Shown here one piece after another: positions 1 through 15,394 of a DNA stretch of 64,000 nucleotides (position 1 is the first letter of the stretch; each line of letters opens with the position of its first letter). The DNA is from the human T2T-CHM13v2.0 reference genome, Homo sapiens. The notes beneath the pieces are model-generated. The model saw only the letters and a list, made by a program, of their open reading frames with translations, did no database searches and had not been told where the DNA came from. The position numbers and the translations under genes are program-made. The stretch lies in NCBI RefSeq assembly GCF_009914755.1, contig NC_060926.1; one strand, written 5' to 3'.

Positions 1-800
1 TTACTCCTTACCTCTGGTGTGTCAGGTGTTGTTCTTCTTTGTTTCTCACGTCTTCTTCATTACAGGATCCAGGCTGAAGGAGCAGCTCCTTTTTAGGACA
101 TATTAGATTTCATGGGTATGCCTCATAGAAATGGGCTGCATAAGTTAATGCCACCCACAGGGAGTCACCTTCACTCACCCAGCAATAGGAAGATGTGATG
201 ATTAACTTAATGCATCAACTTGACTGGGCTAAGGGATGCCCAGATAGCTGGTAAAACATTATTTCCGGGTGTGCCTGTAAGGGTGTTTTAGAAGAAATTA
301 GCCTTTGAGTTGGTAGATTGAGTAGGGAAGGTCACCTTCATCAAGGTGGGCAGGCATGATACAATCCACTGAGGGCCTGAATGGAACAAAAAGTGAAGGA
401 AGGGCATATTATCTCTCTTTCTTCTTGAGCTGGGTTACCCATCTTCTCCTGGTTTGGGACATCACAGCTCCTGGATCTGGGGACTTTGAACTCTGGGATT
501 TATACCAGTGGCTTCCCAGTTCTTAGGCCTTCAGACTCTGACTGAATTTCTATGGTTCTGCCCCTTCCTACACTTTAGTTACATTACAGTTGAATTATTC
601 AGCTTTCCTCATTTTCTGCTTGCCAGCAGCAGAGAGGGGAATTTCTCTGGCCTCTGTAATCATGCAAGACAATTCTCATAATAAATCTATTTTTAAATAT
701 ATATATATTATGTTTCCATGGTGAACTCTGACTAATACAGAAGATACATATAATTCAACTACTGAATGGAAGAGAATGACTAAAAACAATAATACAAATT
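1..800 (-). mobile_element. Old MaLR LTR fragment (MLT1J/K-like), interrupted by an MLT2 LTR
   Basis: GGATCCAGGCTGAAGGAGCAGC block (65-86) resembles old MLT1 LTRs; boundaries approximate. Confidence 0.4.
194..739 (+). mobile_element. Solo MLT2-family (HERV-L) LTR
   Basis: Starts TGTGATGATTAACTTAATGCATCAACTTGACTGGGCTAAGGGATGCCCAGATAGCTGG, ends CTCTGACTAATACA; perfect 5-bp TSD GAAGA at 189-193 and 740-744. Confidence 0.9.
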
Positions 801-2064
801 TATCATATCTTACCCTCTTGGTCACTTAAGTACATTTGCTTTCTACCTGCACACATTATAAACACATCTTTCCCCCAAATAAGACACCTCAAAAAGTCTC
901 AATCGATCATGACATTAGACTCAAGTTCAGGGTCTTATGCATAATTATAGTACTTATAATATCTTCGGTTTTATTGCTACTTCATGTTAGGATAGTAAAA
1001 TTGCAGACAAATGTGTAGTTAAGATGCTGTAACTCTCAAAACAAAGAAAAAATATAGAAGCATCCATAATTAGCATAAAATTAAAAACCCAAACTGTCCA
1101 GATTTGGTGACAAATTATATCTGAATCTTTTATCTGTGAGGATTTGGAAATTAAATAATACATATAGTAGGCTAGGCATTGATCAGATACCTTTTTACAG
1201 ATAATCTTACAAAAATAAAAGTGTTTTAGATGTTAAAAAGTGCATACACTGTGCCACCCAACAGATGTTTCATAGAAATAGAAGAACATTCAGATCTGGA
1301 TTAAATGAATCTAGTTTCTAGTAAAGGAACTGCAGAATTCTCTCATTCCTGCACCAGCTGCCTGAGCCATTAACAATGTTAGCAGCTAATGGAAAAGGTG
1401 ACTTAGAAGCATGATTCTGTTGGGAGCACCTGTGGGGCTTATTCTACCCTTGATAACCACTACTAAATATAGTCTTCACAGTTCTGAACATAAATTGAAT
1501 GTAGAATCCAACAAAAGAGCACACCTAATTATATCAAATTAGCATCCAAGTGTATGTAATCATGGAGTTTAGACCAGAGTTATTAAGCTGTCCTTTGTAG
1601 CACAGTGGCAACAATTGAAAATGATCCCATAGTATAATGTAAGGGGTTTTATGAATGCACGATGGCATCCTTTATAATGTTTGGATGCTGGATGCTGACA
1701 CTGAAGTTTTATAGAATATTTTCACATAAGCAGGGCTGAGAGGAAAAATCAGGCTTCATCTTTTCCAAGTACTTTCTGATCATTTTAAACTTTGCCATCT
1801 GACAAAGTTTGTATTTTTATGGCAATTCCAGATTTAGAAGATTGGAAGCAGGAGTATGACAAATAGAGATAAGTGTTCACACTACCCGGATCTTCAAAAA
1901 CAAAAATCATAATAAAAATAACAGTACTCTAAAGATCCCAAAGCTAAAATGTGGCCTCAACTAATTCTCCCCACATGACAAAGGAAAAAATGGTTTCTGA
2001 ATAAACACTATAGAAAGAAAAGGAATGAGACCAAGAAGTCTGACTTGCTGTTGCAACCAATATC

Positions 2065-2864
<800 letters not shown>

Positions 2865-3138
2865 TCAAAGATAAAAAAACTAGGGGCTCCTGTTCTTGCA
2901 ACTTTAGAGTATTGATAACACTGTATTGCTCTTGTCTCTGTGATTTCATTAATCAATCAATTAATCCTGAATTGAATTATATAATGTTTCCATAAAAACC
3001 AGTATGGGGTATGTGCTAATCATGAATCCACAATATAGATTTTTCTCCTAAAAATAATCACCTATAGATAGCCAATGAATGTACTTGACCTCAAGAGGAT
3101 CACTTATGAATTCTTGGATGATCGACAAAATTCAGGCC

Positions 3139-3272
3139 TGATATGGTTTGGACCTGTGTCCCTACCCATCTCATGTCGATTGTAATCCTCAGTGTTGGAG
3201 GTGGGGCCTGGTGGGGGGTGATCGGATTATGGGGGTGATTTTTCATGGTTTAACACCATCCCCCTTGGTGGA
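3139..3272 (+). mobile_element. MST (MaLR) LTR 5' fragment
   Basis: TGATATGGTTTGGACCTGTGTCCCTACCCATCTCATGTCGATTGTAATCCTCAGTGTTGGAGGTGGGGCCTGGT matches the MSTA/B start; truncated. Confidence 0.8.
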
Positions 3273-3684
3273 CTTGTGGCAACGGTGTCTGGTTGAGTTT
3301 CATCTCATTCTTTTGTCACAGCTCTCTATAACCATGAGACACAAACGTACACAGAAAAAAAAATCAATGATGCCATCACTTCTAAAATATTTCATTGTCT
3401 TCTTTATCCTTCATTAAATGTAAAATTTTGAATACCTTAAAAATATCTGCAAGTGAAAGTGAGATACTAAAAGCCAAAGAGATTATAAAATAATTCCTTG
3501 AATTATTTTACAAAGAAATTTAACATTCTTAACTAATTATAAGATGGTTTGGATCACTTTGAAAAAAATCCTAGATAAATTATTTGGTCCAAATCTTTCA
3601 TGACCACAGATGAACTGACAGAGTCATTGAGCATTGACATATTTGACTTGAGCTGAGAAAAGTGAAATTTATATGGCAATATAG

Positions 3685-3981
<297 letters not shown>

Positions 3982-4881
3982 GAGACCAATATTTAACACA
4001 TATATTCTGCCTTTAATTTATATAATCCTCCAATCTCAGTATTGACATACTCCCTTTTGCCTCCAAACATGGTAGCTTGAAAACTGAAGGAAATTCTTGA
4101 CAACAAAAGATCTTTAATTGTCCAAAAGCAATGCCTCCAATACCTCATTCCAGCAAAACATAGTCTTTAAAAATTCAAGATGGTACTCTAATTCAACATA
4201 CAATGTAAAATGCCATCTTTACTTACCAAAGTTTATATATAACATGAATTAATTCTGTTTAATTATATGACTTGGAGCTTTAGCTGAATTTCTAAGGCCA
4301 AAGTATCACTGATAGATTATCTAAAATGCACCAATCAATTTTTATCAACTTCCTGGTCACCTTTCAAGACAGTCTTTACAAACAATTAAAAGTTACAATT
4401 ACTTGTTGAAAGCCAGATATTCTGCTGAGAACACTCAGTTGAAGAAAAAACAGTCTCTATTTTTGGAGAGTGGTGGCCTAGTGCAGAAAAACTTATATGT
4501 ACATTTGTTCGCATACATCCTTAGTGTTTCTCAAAAAATTCTATTGTTGCTGCAAATAATTCTTAGTGTTTGGATTGTGAGAACAAATTATGCAGCATGT
4601 GGCAGAGTACAAGAATCAATAGTTTTCAAAAAAAGGTGATTTATTGGAATGAACAATGGAAAAATCAAAGTCATAGAAGCTGAAAAATGCATAGTATGAG
4701 AGAAAAGAAGCAAGTATTTGTTCTTTATAGAGCATGTAGCAGGGAAGAGGCAGGAATGTAGAATATTCAACATGGGCTTTAAAAGGTGCACTAAATAGTT
4801 TAAATCTTATTTGAGCTAGAAAAGGCATGTTTTGTAGAAAATATCTCTCTGATGACTAAAAGAAAATTTATTGGAAGAAGA

Positions 4882-5355
4882 GTGTTAGGATCAGTAAGCC
4901 TCTGCAATAACATATTCTATAATAGAGTGCCTCAAACACTGTGGTATTTTCTCTCCCTTTCATGTTACAGTGCAGGGAAGGTGTTCCTGAGAAAACTGGG
5001 AAGTGGGGGTGGCTCTGCCACATTCAGAGACACAGGCTGATAGCAGCTTTTCCATCATCAATATTTGGCTTTCAGTGGCAGAATAATCATCACTTTCTAC
5101 CTCATGGGAAGGGCTTGGGGCAGGGGAGGAGCAAGAAGGAATACACACAGGAATTTTTATGGAAATAAGAATGTGGCAAATATCACATCCACACACATTC
5201 CATTGAAAAGAGAGCTTAGTCATGTAGCCAGATTTAACTGAAGAGGAGGCTGGAAATTGAGCTGTCTGGCTGGGCAGTTACATCTCAGATACAACTCAAT
5301 TGCCATGGTAGAAAAAGATCACAGATTATCCTGGACAACTAGCAGGCTGCATCAC
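4882..5355 (-). mobile_element. Old MaLR LTR (MLT1J-like)
   Basis: ACACAGGCTGATAGCAGC, CATTCCATTG...TAGTCATGTAGCC and GGCTGGAAATTGAGCT blocks typical of reverse MLT1H-J. Confidence 0.6.
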
Positions 5356-5382
5356 AGATTCTAATGTCTCCTCTATCTCTCT

Positions 5383-7757
5383 TTTTTTAAACTTTTATTT
5401 CAGGAGTACATGTGCAGACTTGTTATATAGGTAAACTTGTGTCATGGGGGCATATTGTACAGATTATTTCATCATCCAGGTACTAAGTCTAGTATCCAAT
5501 AGTTATCTTTTCTGCTTCTTCTCCTCATCCCACCCTTCACGCTCAAGTAGGTCCCAGTGTCTGTTATTCCCCTTTTTGTGTCCCTGAGTTCTCATCATTT
5601 AGCTCCTACTTATAAGTGAGAACATACAGTATTTGGTTTTCTGTTCCTGCATTAGTTTGCTAAGGATAATGGCCTCCAGCTCCATCCATTTTCCTGCAAA
5701 AGACATTATCTCATTCTTTTTCATGGCTGCATAGTATTCCATGGTGTATATGTACCACATTTCCTTTATCTCTTCTGTAATAGATGAGTGGAATCATAAG
5801 ATTCCACTCTTATGAATAGTGCTATAATGAATATTTGTGTCTATATGTCTTTATGGTAGAATGATTTATATTCCTCTGGGTATATACTCAGAAATGGGAT
5901 TTTTGGGTGTAGTGGTAATTCTGCTATTAGATCTTTGAGGAATTGTCACACTGCTTTTCATAATGGTCGAACTAGTTTACACTCCCACAAACAGTGTATA
6001 AGTGTTCCGTTTTCTCTGCAACCTTGCCAGCATGTTATTTTCTGACTTTCTGATAATAGCAGTTGTTACTGGTGTGAGATAGTATCTCATTATGGTTTTG
6101 ACTTGCATTTCTCTCTAATGATAACTGATATTGAGCTTTTTGCATATGCTTGTAGGACTCGTCTATGTCTTCTTCTGAAAAGTGTCCATTCATGTCTTTG
6201 CCCATTTTTTAATGGGGTTGTTTATTTTTCCTGTAAATTTGTTTAAGTTCCTTATAGATGCTGAATATTAGACCTTTGTCAGATGCATAGTTTGTAAAAA
6301 TTTTCTCCCATTCGGTAAGTTGTCTGTTTACTCTGTTGATAGTATATTTTGCTGTGCAGAAGCTCTTAAGTTTAATTAGATCCCATTTGTCAATTTTTGC
6401 TTTCGTTGCAATTGCTTTTGGCATATTTGTCAAAAATCTTTGCTCATTCCTATGTCCAGAATAGTATTTTCTAGGTTATCTTTCAGTGTTTTTATAGTTT
6501 TAGGTTTCATATAGTCTTTAATCCATCTTGAGTTGATCTTTGTATATAGTGTAAGGAAGGGGTCCAGTTTCAATCTTCTATATATGGCTAGCCAGTTCTC
6601 TCAGCACCATTTATTGAATAGAAAGTCCTTTCCTCATTGCTTGTTTTTATCAGCTTTGTGGAAGTTCAGATGGTTGTAGTTGTGAGGCCTCATTTTTGGG
6701 CTCTATTCTGTTCCATTAGTCTATGTGTCTGTTTTTGTACCAGTACCATGCTGTTTTGGTACCAGTACCATGCTGTTTTGGTTACTGTAGCCCTGTAGTG
6801 TAGTTTGAAGTCAGGTAGTATATTGCCTCCAGCTTTGTTCTTTTTGCTTAGATTTCCTTGGCTATTTGGGCTCTTTTTTTGGTTCTATATGAATTTTAAA
6901 ATAGTATTTTCTAATTCTATTAGAATGTCATTTGTAGTTATATAGGAATAGTGTTGAATATGTAAATTGCTTTGAGCAGTATGGCCATTTTAATAATACT
7001 GATTCTTCCTATCCATTAGCATGGAATGTTTCTTCATTTGTTTGTGTCATCTCTGATTTATTTGAGCATTATTTTATAATTCTCATTGTAGGATCTTTCA
7101 CATTCTTGGCTAGCTCTATGGTGAGGTATTTTATTCTTTTTGTGGCAATTGTTAATAGAATTGTGTTCCTATTTTGGCTCTCACCTTGGCTATTGTTGGT
7201 GTTTAGGAATGCTATAATAGTAATTTTTGTACATCAATTTTGTATCCTGAAACTTTGCTGAAATTGTTTATCAGCTGAAGGAGCTTTTGGGCCAAGACTA
7301 CAGGGTTTTCCAGATGTAAAATTATGTTTTCTGCAAACAGGAATAGTTTAACTTCCTCTCTTCCTATTTCTATGTCCTTTATTTTTTTTCTCTTACCTTG
7401 TTGTTCTGGCCAGGACTTCCAATACTATGTTGAATAGGAGTGGTGAGAGCAGACATCTTTGTCTTGTGCAGGTTTTCAAAGAGAATGCTTTCAGCTTTTC
7501 CCCATTTAGTATGATGTTGGCTGTGGGTTTGTCACAGGTGAGGTATATTCCTTCAGAATCTAGTTTATTGAGAGTTTTTAACATGAATGGATGTTGGATT
7601 TTATTGAAAGCCTTTTCTGCATCTATTGAGATATTCATGTGGTTTTTGTCTTTAGTTCTGTTTATGTGATGAATCACATTTATTGATTTGCATATGTTAA
7701 ACCAACTTTGCATCCCGGGAATGAAGCCTACTTGATTGTGGTGGATTCACTTTTTGA
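5383..7757 (-). mobile_element. 5'-truncated LINE-1 (L1PA13/14-like), decayed ORF2 3' half plus 3'UTR
   Basis: ORF-track peptides 6209-6433 ([19 protein letters not shown]) and 7393-7713 ([18 protein letters not shown]...[14 protein letters not shown]) are L1 ORF2; L1 3'UTR at 5383-5620. Confidence 0.95.
6737..6780. repeat. 22-bp perfect tandem duplication inside L1
   Basis: GTACCAGTACCATGCTGTTTTG x2. Confidence 0.9.
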
Positions 7758-8129
7758 ACATCTCCTGTCTTTACGGCAAAGATTCCCATTAGAGAACAAA
7801 GAGCCTGAAAAACCTCCCTCCCCTCTTGGTGATGTTTTTTGATTTCCCCTTTCCAATTGTTTTGTTAACGGCATTATCAACACTGCTCTGATCTCCCTTC
7901 CTCTACTGTGTCTCCCACCCACTCCCACCTCATGATTAGACTACAACTGTTGAGAAAAATCTAATTAAAAACAGAAACAACAAACAAACACCCTTGCAAT
8001 TAGATACTATTATTTGAAAGCTTAGCAATGTGGCAAATTCTATTACTGCATATACATACATACAAAATTGTATTATTACCTCCAATTATTCCCTATTTCC
8101 TATAAAAAGAGTATACCTTGCAATGCATT

Positions 8130-8415
8130 TTGCAGTGATTTGCAGAGGCTCCTTGTGGGAAGAGGGTTCTTCTTTTCACATAGAGATCAAACTTTTCATA
8201 AGACTTTCTCTGGCTAATGAAAGTGAGATTTGACAGAATGGTTTAAGAGTCACCATATTGTTTCTTTGTGATTTTTCAGCCCCAATCCAAGATGAATTTA
8301 AGCTAGAGCCACAGAAAATGCACAACTGCAGACATGTAATATGGTGAGAAATAAACATTTAAATTTGATGCTTACTTGTTACTGCCGCATAATCTAGCAA
8401 AAGCTGACTAACACA
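8130..8415 (+). mobile_element. Old MLT1 LTR 3' fragment
   Basis: GAGAAATAAACATTT...TTGTTACTGCCGCATAATCTAGCAAAAGCTGACTAACA resembles the MLT1 3' terminus. Confidence 0.55.
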
Positions 8416-10530
8416 TTAGAACAGGTCTCATTCTAAAGGGGGGCTTTCTTCATATTAAATTCTGCAGTGTAAATTTCTCCATGGACATAAAAAAGTAAGT
8501 CTTAAGATACCATTCTTTGTTAAACAGAATGAGCATTTCATTAAAACAGCTTAATTATGATATGCATTAAAGGCTATAGCCAATGAAAGAACAATAAAAC
8601 AAAAGATTTTTTCCACAAAAAGCAATTCTTTCCACTCTTCTTTGAAGCATAGAATGCATTTTCAATTATTTATGTTTATTTTCCAGTTCTATGTGCCTTA
8701 AAGATAGGGAAAAGTCTGAACTTACTCTACCCTTGCTATTTACAGCCTCTCAGTGTTCTTCATATATGAAGATTTAATTATGATTTATTTTTCCAATGAC
8801 TTGGCATTGAAGCATTATAGTTGTATCAATTCAGTGACTTTCTCACTCCCTCATGATTCATCTCTTTCTCATTCTGTGTATGTGTAATACAGACTTCACT
8901 AAGACCTTTTCTTCTGCCAACACTTAACACTTTTGTCTCACTCTATTTCTTTTCCCTACAATTTAGTTTCTATGTCTATACTATTTCTAGTTAAAAAGGA
9001 TTTGAGCACACTAAGAATGCTTCTTTTCTCAGTATTCGTAGTTTCTCCATTGTATCTCTTATGAATTTCCTATCCCTGGGTCTTTTTGTTTTCCTTGCAG
9101 CAAATTAACAAATGCAATGAAAAGTATTTATTTCATAATTCTGCAATGGAACATGACTGTCAATAAACTTACTGCTATGGATGACTATTGCTTTTTTAAA
9201 GAGGATAAATATCACTTTAGTCTATCTGAAAGATTTTGAGTATATCACAAAATGTTTAAAATAATTACTCAGAACAATATAAGCAATATCTATGAATGAG
9301 AGTTATTATATAAATCAGTAGCAAACATTATTAAGATGAGGTCTATTACACAAGCTTAATATCTTATTGGAAGTCCTTTGAATTTAATTAATCTAATTTT
9401 AAATGATCCTGAATTTTCATTCTATCAGATTCTGTAGGTTTTCTACTTAGCCACGCTTTGGTGATCTACAGCTCATTGGTTGTATGTGCCACAACATAAT
9501 AATATTGTCATACATTTTTTGAAAGTATATTTCTATAACAGTATGAATAGAATAAAAATTTTAAGATTTTTTTGTATGTATAGATATACATATATTCCTG
9601 GGAAGAATAATAAATATAATAATATCAAAAATGGCTATGTTGCTGTTACAGAAACTAAAGTTATTTTTATGCTTATTTATATTTTCTTGTATTTTTCTCT
9701 GACAAACAGCTTTTACTTGCATATGAAAATGTATATCTCTGACTTTGAACTAATACAAATTTGCGTTGTCTCAGTTTATAATGTATTTGTGGAGTGTTTG
9801 CTCTCATAAAATTATTTTTTATAATTTTTTATACCAGTCATTCCATTCTTAAATGTTAAAATAAATTATTAGAATAAAATTGAGCCATTACTCTAGAAAC
9901 AAAGATTTTCCTACCTAAACTTGCCAAGATTGAGTTCTACCTAAATAATTATGCAACAATATAGGATGATTTCAGAAATTCTAAAGCCAGATTTTTGAGA
10001 GAATTATTAATTGATAAAAATAATATTTCTCCCATAAACTTGATGTTCGACTTCAAGTCAACATAGTCACCACCGAAAAGATTACCTTCTTTATGTAAAT
10101 TATTCATTAATGCTCACTAATAATTACTGGCTCTTGCCTTTCTCTAAGATATAATTTTTCACCGATTTTGCTACAGAGCTACTACTATTACTAATAAAAC
10201 CTTATCTTTTAGTTATATATCTTGAAATAGTCCAAGAAGCCCCAAACCTGTTACTAATTTAATGGTTATTTTAGCAACACTGCTTTGCCATGACTGTCAT
10301 CTGAGCAAAATTCTGTAACAAAGCTAAACTTTAGTTTCTATCTGCTATTTTATTTTGAAAAAATATACTATTCAAGATATACGGGTCAGCCCCTGTTCTC
10401 TGTGTACAACGTTCTGCCTTCAAATTGCTAATTTAAAAGAATAAGAAGTATCTGCAGGCACTATTTATACCCAGTGTCTAATAGTGAGTAAAGTTTTATT
10501 TAGCCTTTGAAATGATAGACTTTCTTAGGA

Positions 10531-10563
10531 ACACATACACACACACACACACCCATACACACA
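10531..10563. repeat. (CA)n microsatellite, imperfect
   Basis: ACACATACACACACACACACACCCATACACACA. Confidence 0.85.
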
Positions 10564-12975
10564 TATCTGTGCAATCAAAAGAATGTGTCTCTCTCTGAAA
10601 ATCTTATCTGATAATAAACTTTCCTAATATTTTCCTGCTAAAGATTAATAAACTTCTTTTGAAACTTATATCTAATTTATGTGACTTTAAGGGTCATGCT
10701 TTAATAACAATGATGAAACACGATTATTACTTCCTAATGCTGAAATTACAGTTTTTACATTGTAAATTTTTCCTGCTATGCGCCCTGTGGCACTAACATC
10801 TTTATCACTCCATGTGTTTCTAGTTTTAAAACCTTTACCCCTGCTGTTTGAAAAATATTTCTCATTTTCGTCCCCTATGGAGTACAGAAATCCCTAAAGG
10901 CAAAGCCATTAGTGATCTCTCTGCCTTTCCCCAAACACGTATTATGATCACCAGTGCTGTTCCCACTGCCTCATTGGCTTTTGGTAAAGTATGCAAATGA
11001 GATGTTCAAAATACACACTTTTTGCAACTGTGCAAGTTCATACTGATTTATAAAATGGGCAGGCTATTAAAGTGACTGAAAATGTCAGCAAGATTTATGC
11101 ATGGGTGACAAATTGTATTGGAGATGTTCATTTTTAACATGCTGCCCAAGGTTTTTTTTTAACAACCTAGATAGTCTCTGTGATACATTTGTTTTAAGGC
11201 TATTTTTCCCTCCCCAAACATACTTTTGACAGTGACTTTTTGACTGGAAAAATAAACAATGCTACTTCACAATCATACAAATTGTATTTTATCACAGAAA
11301 GCAGTACTGGAAGATATAATAAATTTCATTTTGACACCCATTTTTCCTAAGTACCATTAGTCCACTATGGTTAAACAGTTTCCCTTTATAACAGATAACT
11401 TGAATTGCATGCATAAATATTTCATCACTAGGATATAAAATTATGTAACTATCAAAACAATTACCCAGTCACCGCTGAGGAAAATATTTCATTCATATTA
11501 AAAATGCACAACTTAGGGAACAAAAGATAGGAGTGACAACTGACATACATCTTCTGGAGTTTATGATTCCGTCTTTGGAGAATTCCACATTAAAAATGGT
11601 CTAAGTGATACTCAGCTTTTCTCTATTATTTGTGAATTAGTTCTAGCATATCCCAGCTCCGTCTGTGACTCAACCAGGCAGTTGTAGTACTCTTGCCAGC
11701 CCAAGTGTGGTCTTCGAGCAGAGGTGTTCATATTTTATATCTCTGGATGACAGACACTCATTCATTGAACAAAGCAAAAGACTAGGAAAAAATGATGCTA
11801 GAACCAGTTCATGCAATACTATTTAAGAAATTATCTAGCTCATCCTGGCAGACCTCAAAACATATATGCACACAACAGAAATATCACAAGTAAAACAGTG
11901 TGGTGTAGCACAATTACAAAAGAATGGATTATAGAAATCAAATGCCGTAATGAAGAACAATCTATGATTAATTTCTACAAAACACAGATCTTATAATAGC
12001 ATTATTATGCAGTCTTTCTAGTTGGAAAAGTTTGGTATTAGAATTCTAATTCTACTTTTTATATTCAGATCAGTTTGTACCAATACTATTATTGCAACTG
12101 ATTTTCCTAATTAGTTCATTAAGTTGCATAACAATTGGTTTACAACTAACAACTCTTCTTGATGTTAAAACAGTGAAGATAAAATTGATTTAAAGCCCAC
12201 ATCTGATCATTCATTCTTACAAATTCATATGTCCTGGTGTTTGATGAACCTCTCCTTATATGACTGTGCCAGCCTCTCTGCCCTGTTTTCACTTAAGTGC
12301 CATGGCTATGTTCTTGCTTATTAAAGAGAGTTAACATTATGCATTATACTTAAAAAATCCAAACAGGGTTGAAAGGAAAAAGAAAACAACAAAAACATCT
12401 GCTTTTCATCAAGGGGCGCCATCTTATAGCTTCTACTAGAATGAAGGTTTTGAGAGAAAGCAATAGAAGTTATGACTAGGCACAGACTTGCATAGGTGAA
12501 GATGCAGCTAGCAGAGACTGAGAGAAATAGTTTTATCTTTTTTGTTGTTGTTTCTACCTAAAACTATTGTACTTTAAAAGAAAAAATGCTGCTTGTAAGA
12601 TACTGTTCGTTCAAATATTTTCTGTTGAAGAGAAATACTACTTAATTTTAATGCTGAAATAACCTCATAATCATGTTTTCCTCTAGATTTTTAACTTTGC
12701 TTCCACAATTATTAAATGCACCCATCACCCTATTCACAACAGTAAGTTTGCCTTTAAGTTATCAAAAACAAACTTTGCTGACTATCATTCCCATAGAAAC
12801 ATTTTTACCCCAGAGGATACAAGTGGAAACATTAAAAGAGAGAGAGAGAGGGAGGAACTAAGAATAAATTCGAGAACATCTGGTATAGTATCAAGGAGAT
12901 CTGTCTATGATATAAGGAAAGTCCATCTCCTTTTTTTGTCCCTGCACAGAGATACATTCAAGAAATAATTTACTA

Positions 12976-13021
12976 TTAGGTCAGTGTAAAAGTAATTGCA
13001 CTTTTGGGCATTACTTTTAAT
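12976..13021. mobile_element. Half MADE1 (Hsmar1-derived MITE)
   Basis: TA then TTAGGTCAGTGTAAAAGTAATTGCACTTTTGGGCATTACTTTTAAT, i.e. one mariner TIR plus spacer; second arm absent. Confidence 0.7.
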
Positions 13022-15016
13022 AGAAGTGGTTCAGTCAGAAATCTAACCCATAAAGCTTAAGATAAAGTTAACAGATTGAAAAATAAAGCATACATACTTA
13101 CACTTATGGGTATATGTATGTGTGTACGTAAATATAATTACATAAATATAATGTTTAATAAAAGAGCACTTTTCAATCTCAATTTTGTTGTTATCCTTAA
13201 AAATTAAATATAATAAAATAAAACAAAAAACTCCACCATGCATGTTAAGACATTGCATTCAAACTACTAATCGCTCCTCCCACGCAACTGGAAAGGTCAC
13301 CATTTTCTTCACTGTGTTGTCTCTTCCTCCAGAAGTCATACATTAATGTATTTCCCTAGTAATAACTCCTTATTTGCAGAGTTAGCTTTACCAGGTCAAG
13401 AATGGTTTGGTTTGGTTTGGTTTAAGAAACATTAATTGAGCATCTAATAAATGTTAAATACTGAGTTAGGCTATGAAAATACAAAGATTAAAAAGGCATG
13501 CTTCCCACCTGTGAGGGAATGAAGAATAATGGCCATGAGTACAGTGCCTAGGCTATCCCTTGAGAAAAAATTCCTTTGTCAATGCAGTCATTGTTTATTG
13601 AAGGTGGAAGAAGTGATGATGCTCATCAAGAGTTAGAATTTTGGTGTTATCCTTTTAACCATGAAGAGTAGTAGTCTTTTGCATAAATTGGTGAATCTCT
13701 AATGAGACCATCTATTTTACTTAACCTATTTCCATGTTTTAAAATACACGTCTTCTGCAACCCATTCCCCAACAATACAGACACATTTCTAATTTTTTTC
13801 AAAAACAGTTCATACGAAAATAGGCCTTTTAACTAAGTGTCACCCTATATGTACCATTCTCATTTATCTTGTGAAACCTCAGCCTTGATGTTATTGGACA
13901 GTAAAAAGGCTGCAATGGGACCCCTGTCAAAAGACAATTTTCTTCCTTGAATGATAAGCAATGGAACATGTAAGAACAAAAAGCCAACTGATTAATGGCA
14001 TGCAATTCCTCTACAATTATCTTGCCCATGTTACACAGTCATTGTATAGATTGGACTAGATCATTAAATTATGTGATGGCAATCAGCCATCTAACTTTAA
14101 AAGAGGTGGGAAGAGCCAATTTAAAAACTTAATATCTCAGGATGATACAGTAGCCTTAGAAAACCAGCCAATTTAGAGAAAATTACCATATGTACCAATG
14201 AGAATGATATATGTGAGCCTTAGCTAAGCATTTGTCCTTGTGCTGATGATGTTTTGACGTCCGTAAAGAACTCTGTGCTTCTTTAATATTTGAGAACAGT
14301 GGTAGACCAGGGCATTAAACACTTGGAAAAAGAAAACACAGACTCTGGGAGGAAATATGTTCTTGTGGCGACTTTCCACTTTCCACAGCTCTACTGGGAG
14401 CTTTGGAATTATATTCGGAAACGTGAAGATCAATGTTTTATTGTTCTCTTCTATGTTTGCTTCTTAGTTGTGTCTCATATGTCTTGTGGCTTTTATTGAA
14501 CATACTTATGTATTAGCTATGCATTCTGCAAAACCCATAGCATGGGGTTCTTACTCAAAATGGGACTGAAGGTTTTAGAATACAGTGGAAGGGTCTAATG
14601 TAATTATTCCTGTAATTATTATATAATTATTATTGGTAGTCAGTAGATATGAAAGTGGCTTATTGAAATTTTTTAAAAATACAACATATGTATCTCCTTT
14701 TCATTCTTTCCGTTAAACATTATTTAAAGTGTGACTTTGTATAAGATACAGTAGCAGGAAGTAGGGGTTCAGAGAAAGGGAGTTGTAAAAGAGCTTAGAA
14801 CCCAGTGGGAAACAGAATCCATAATTACAGGTGACTTTTATAAATGCTATTCTATGGAAAATAGCACATTGGGAGAAACATGATAGGAGTGAGCACACTG
14901 AAGGGAAACCGAGCATAGGTCACAATCACAAAGAATGACATTATGTCATATTAAATAGTATAATGGAGCCAACTATAAGTTCTCCTAAAATAATTGAAGG
15001 ATAAATTCCAATGCAT

Positions 15017-15394
15017 ACTAACTTAGTTAGCTTGGCTGACACAACAAAATACAATAGTCTGGGTGAATTAAACAACAGACATGTATTTATCATAGTTCTG
15101 AGGGTTGGAAAGACCAAGATCAAGATGCTGACCAATTAGTTTCCCATTGAGGGCCTGCTTCGTGGTTTACAAATGGTGCCTTGTCACTGTGTTCTCACAC
15201 GGTTGAGACAGATTGAGCTTTGGTCTCTCCTCCTGTTTCTGTAAGACCGCTAATCTCATTATGGGGAGCTCGCTCTCATAACCTAATCTACACCTAATGG
15301 TCTCCCATAGGCCTTACCTCAAGATACCATCATATTGAGAGCTAGGGCTTCAACATAGCAGTTTGGGATGGATAAAAACATTCAGTCCATAACA
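15017..15394 (-). mobile_element. MLT1A-like MaLR LTR
   Basis: AATTAAACAACAGACATGTATTTATCATAGTTCTG...CCAAGATCAAGATGCTG...AACATTCAGTCCATAACA. Confidence 0.8.
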
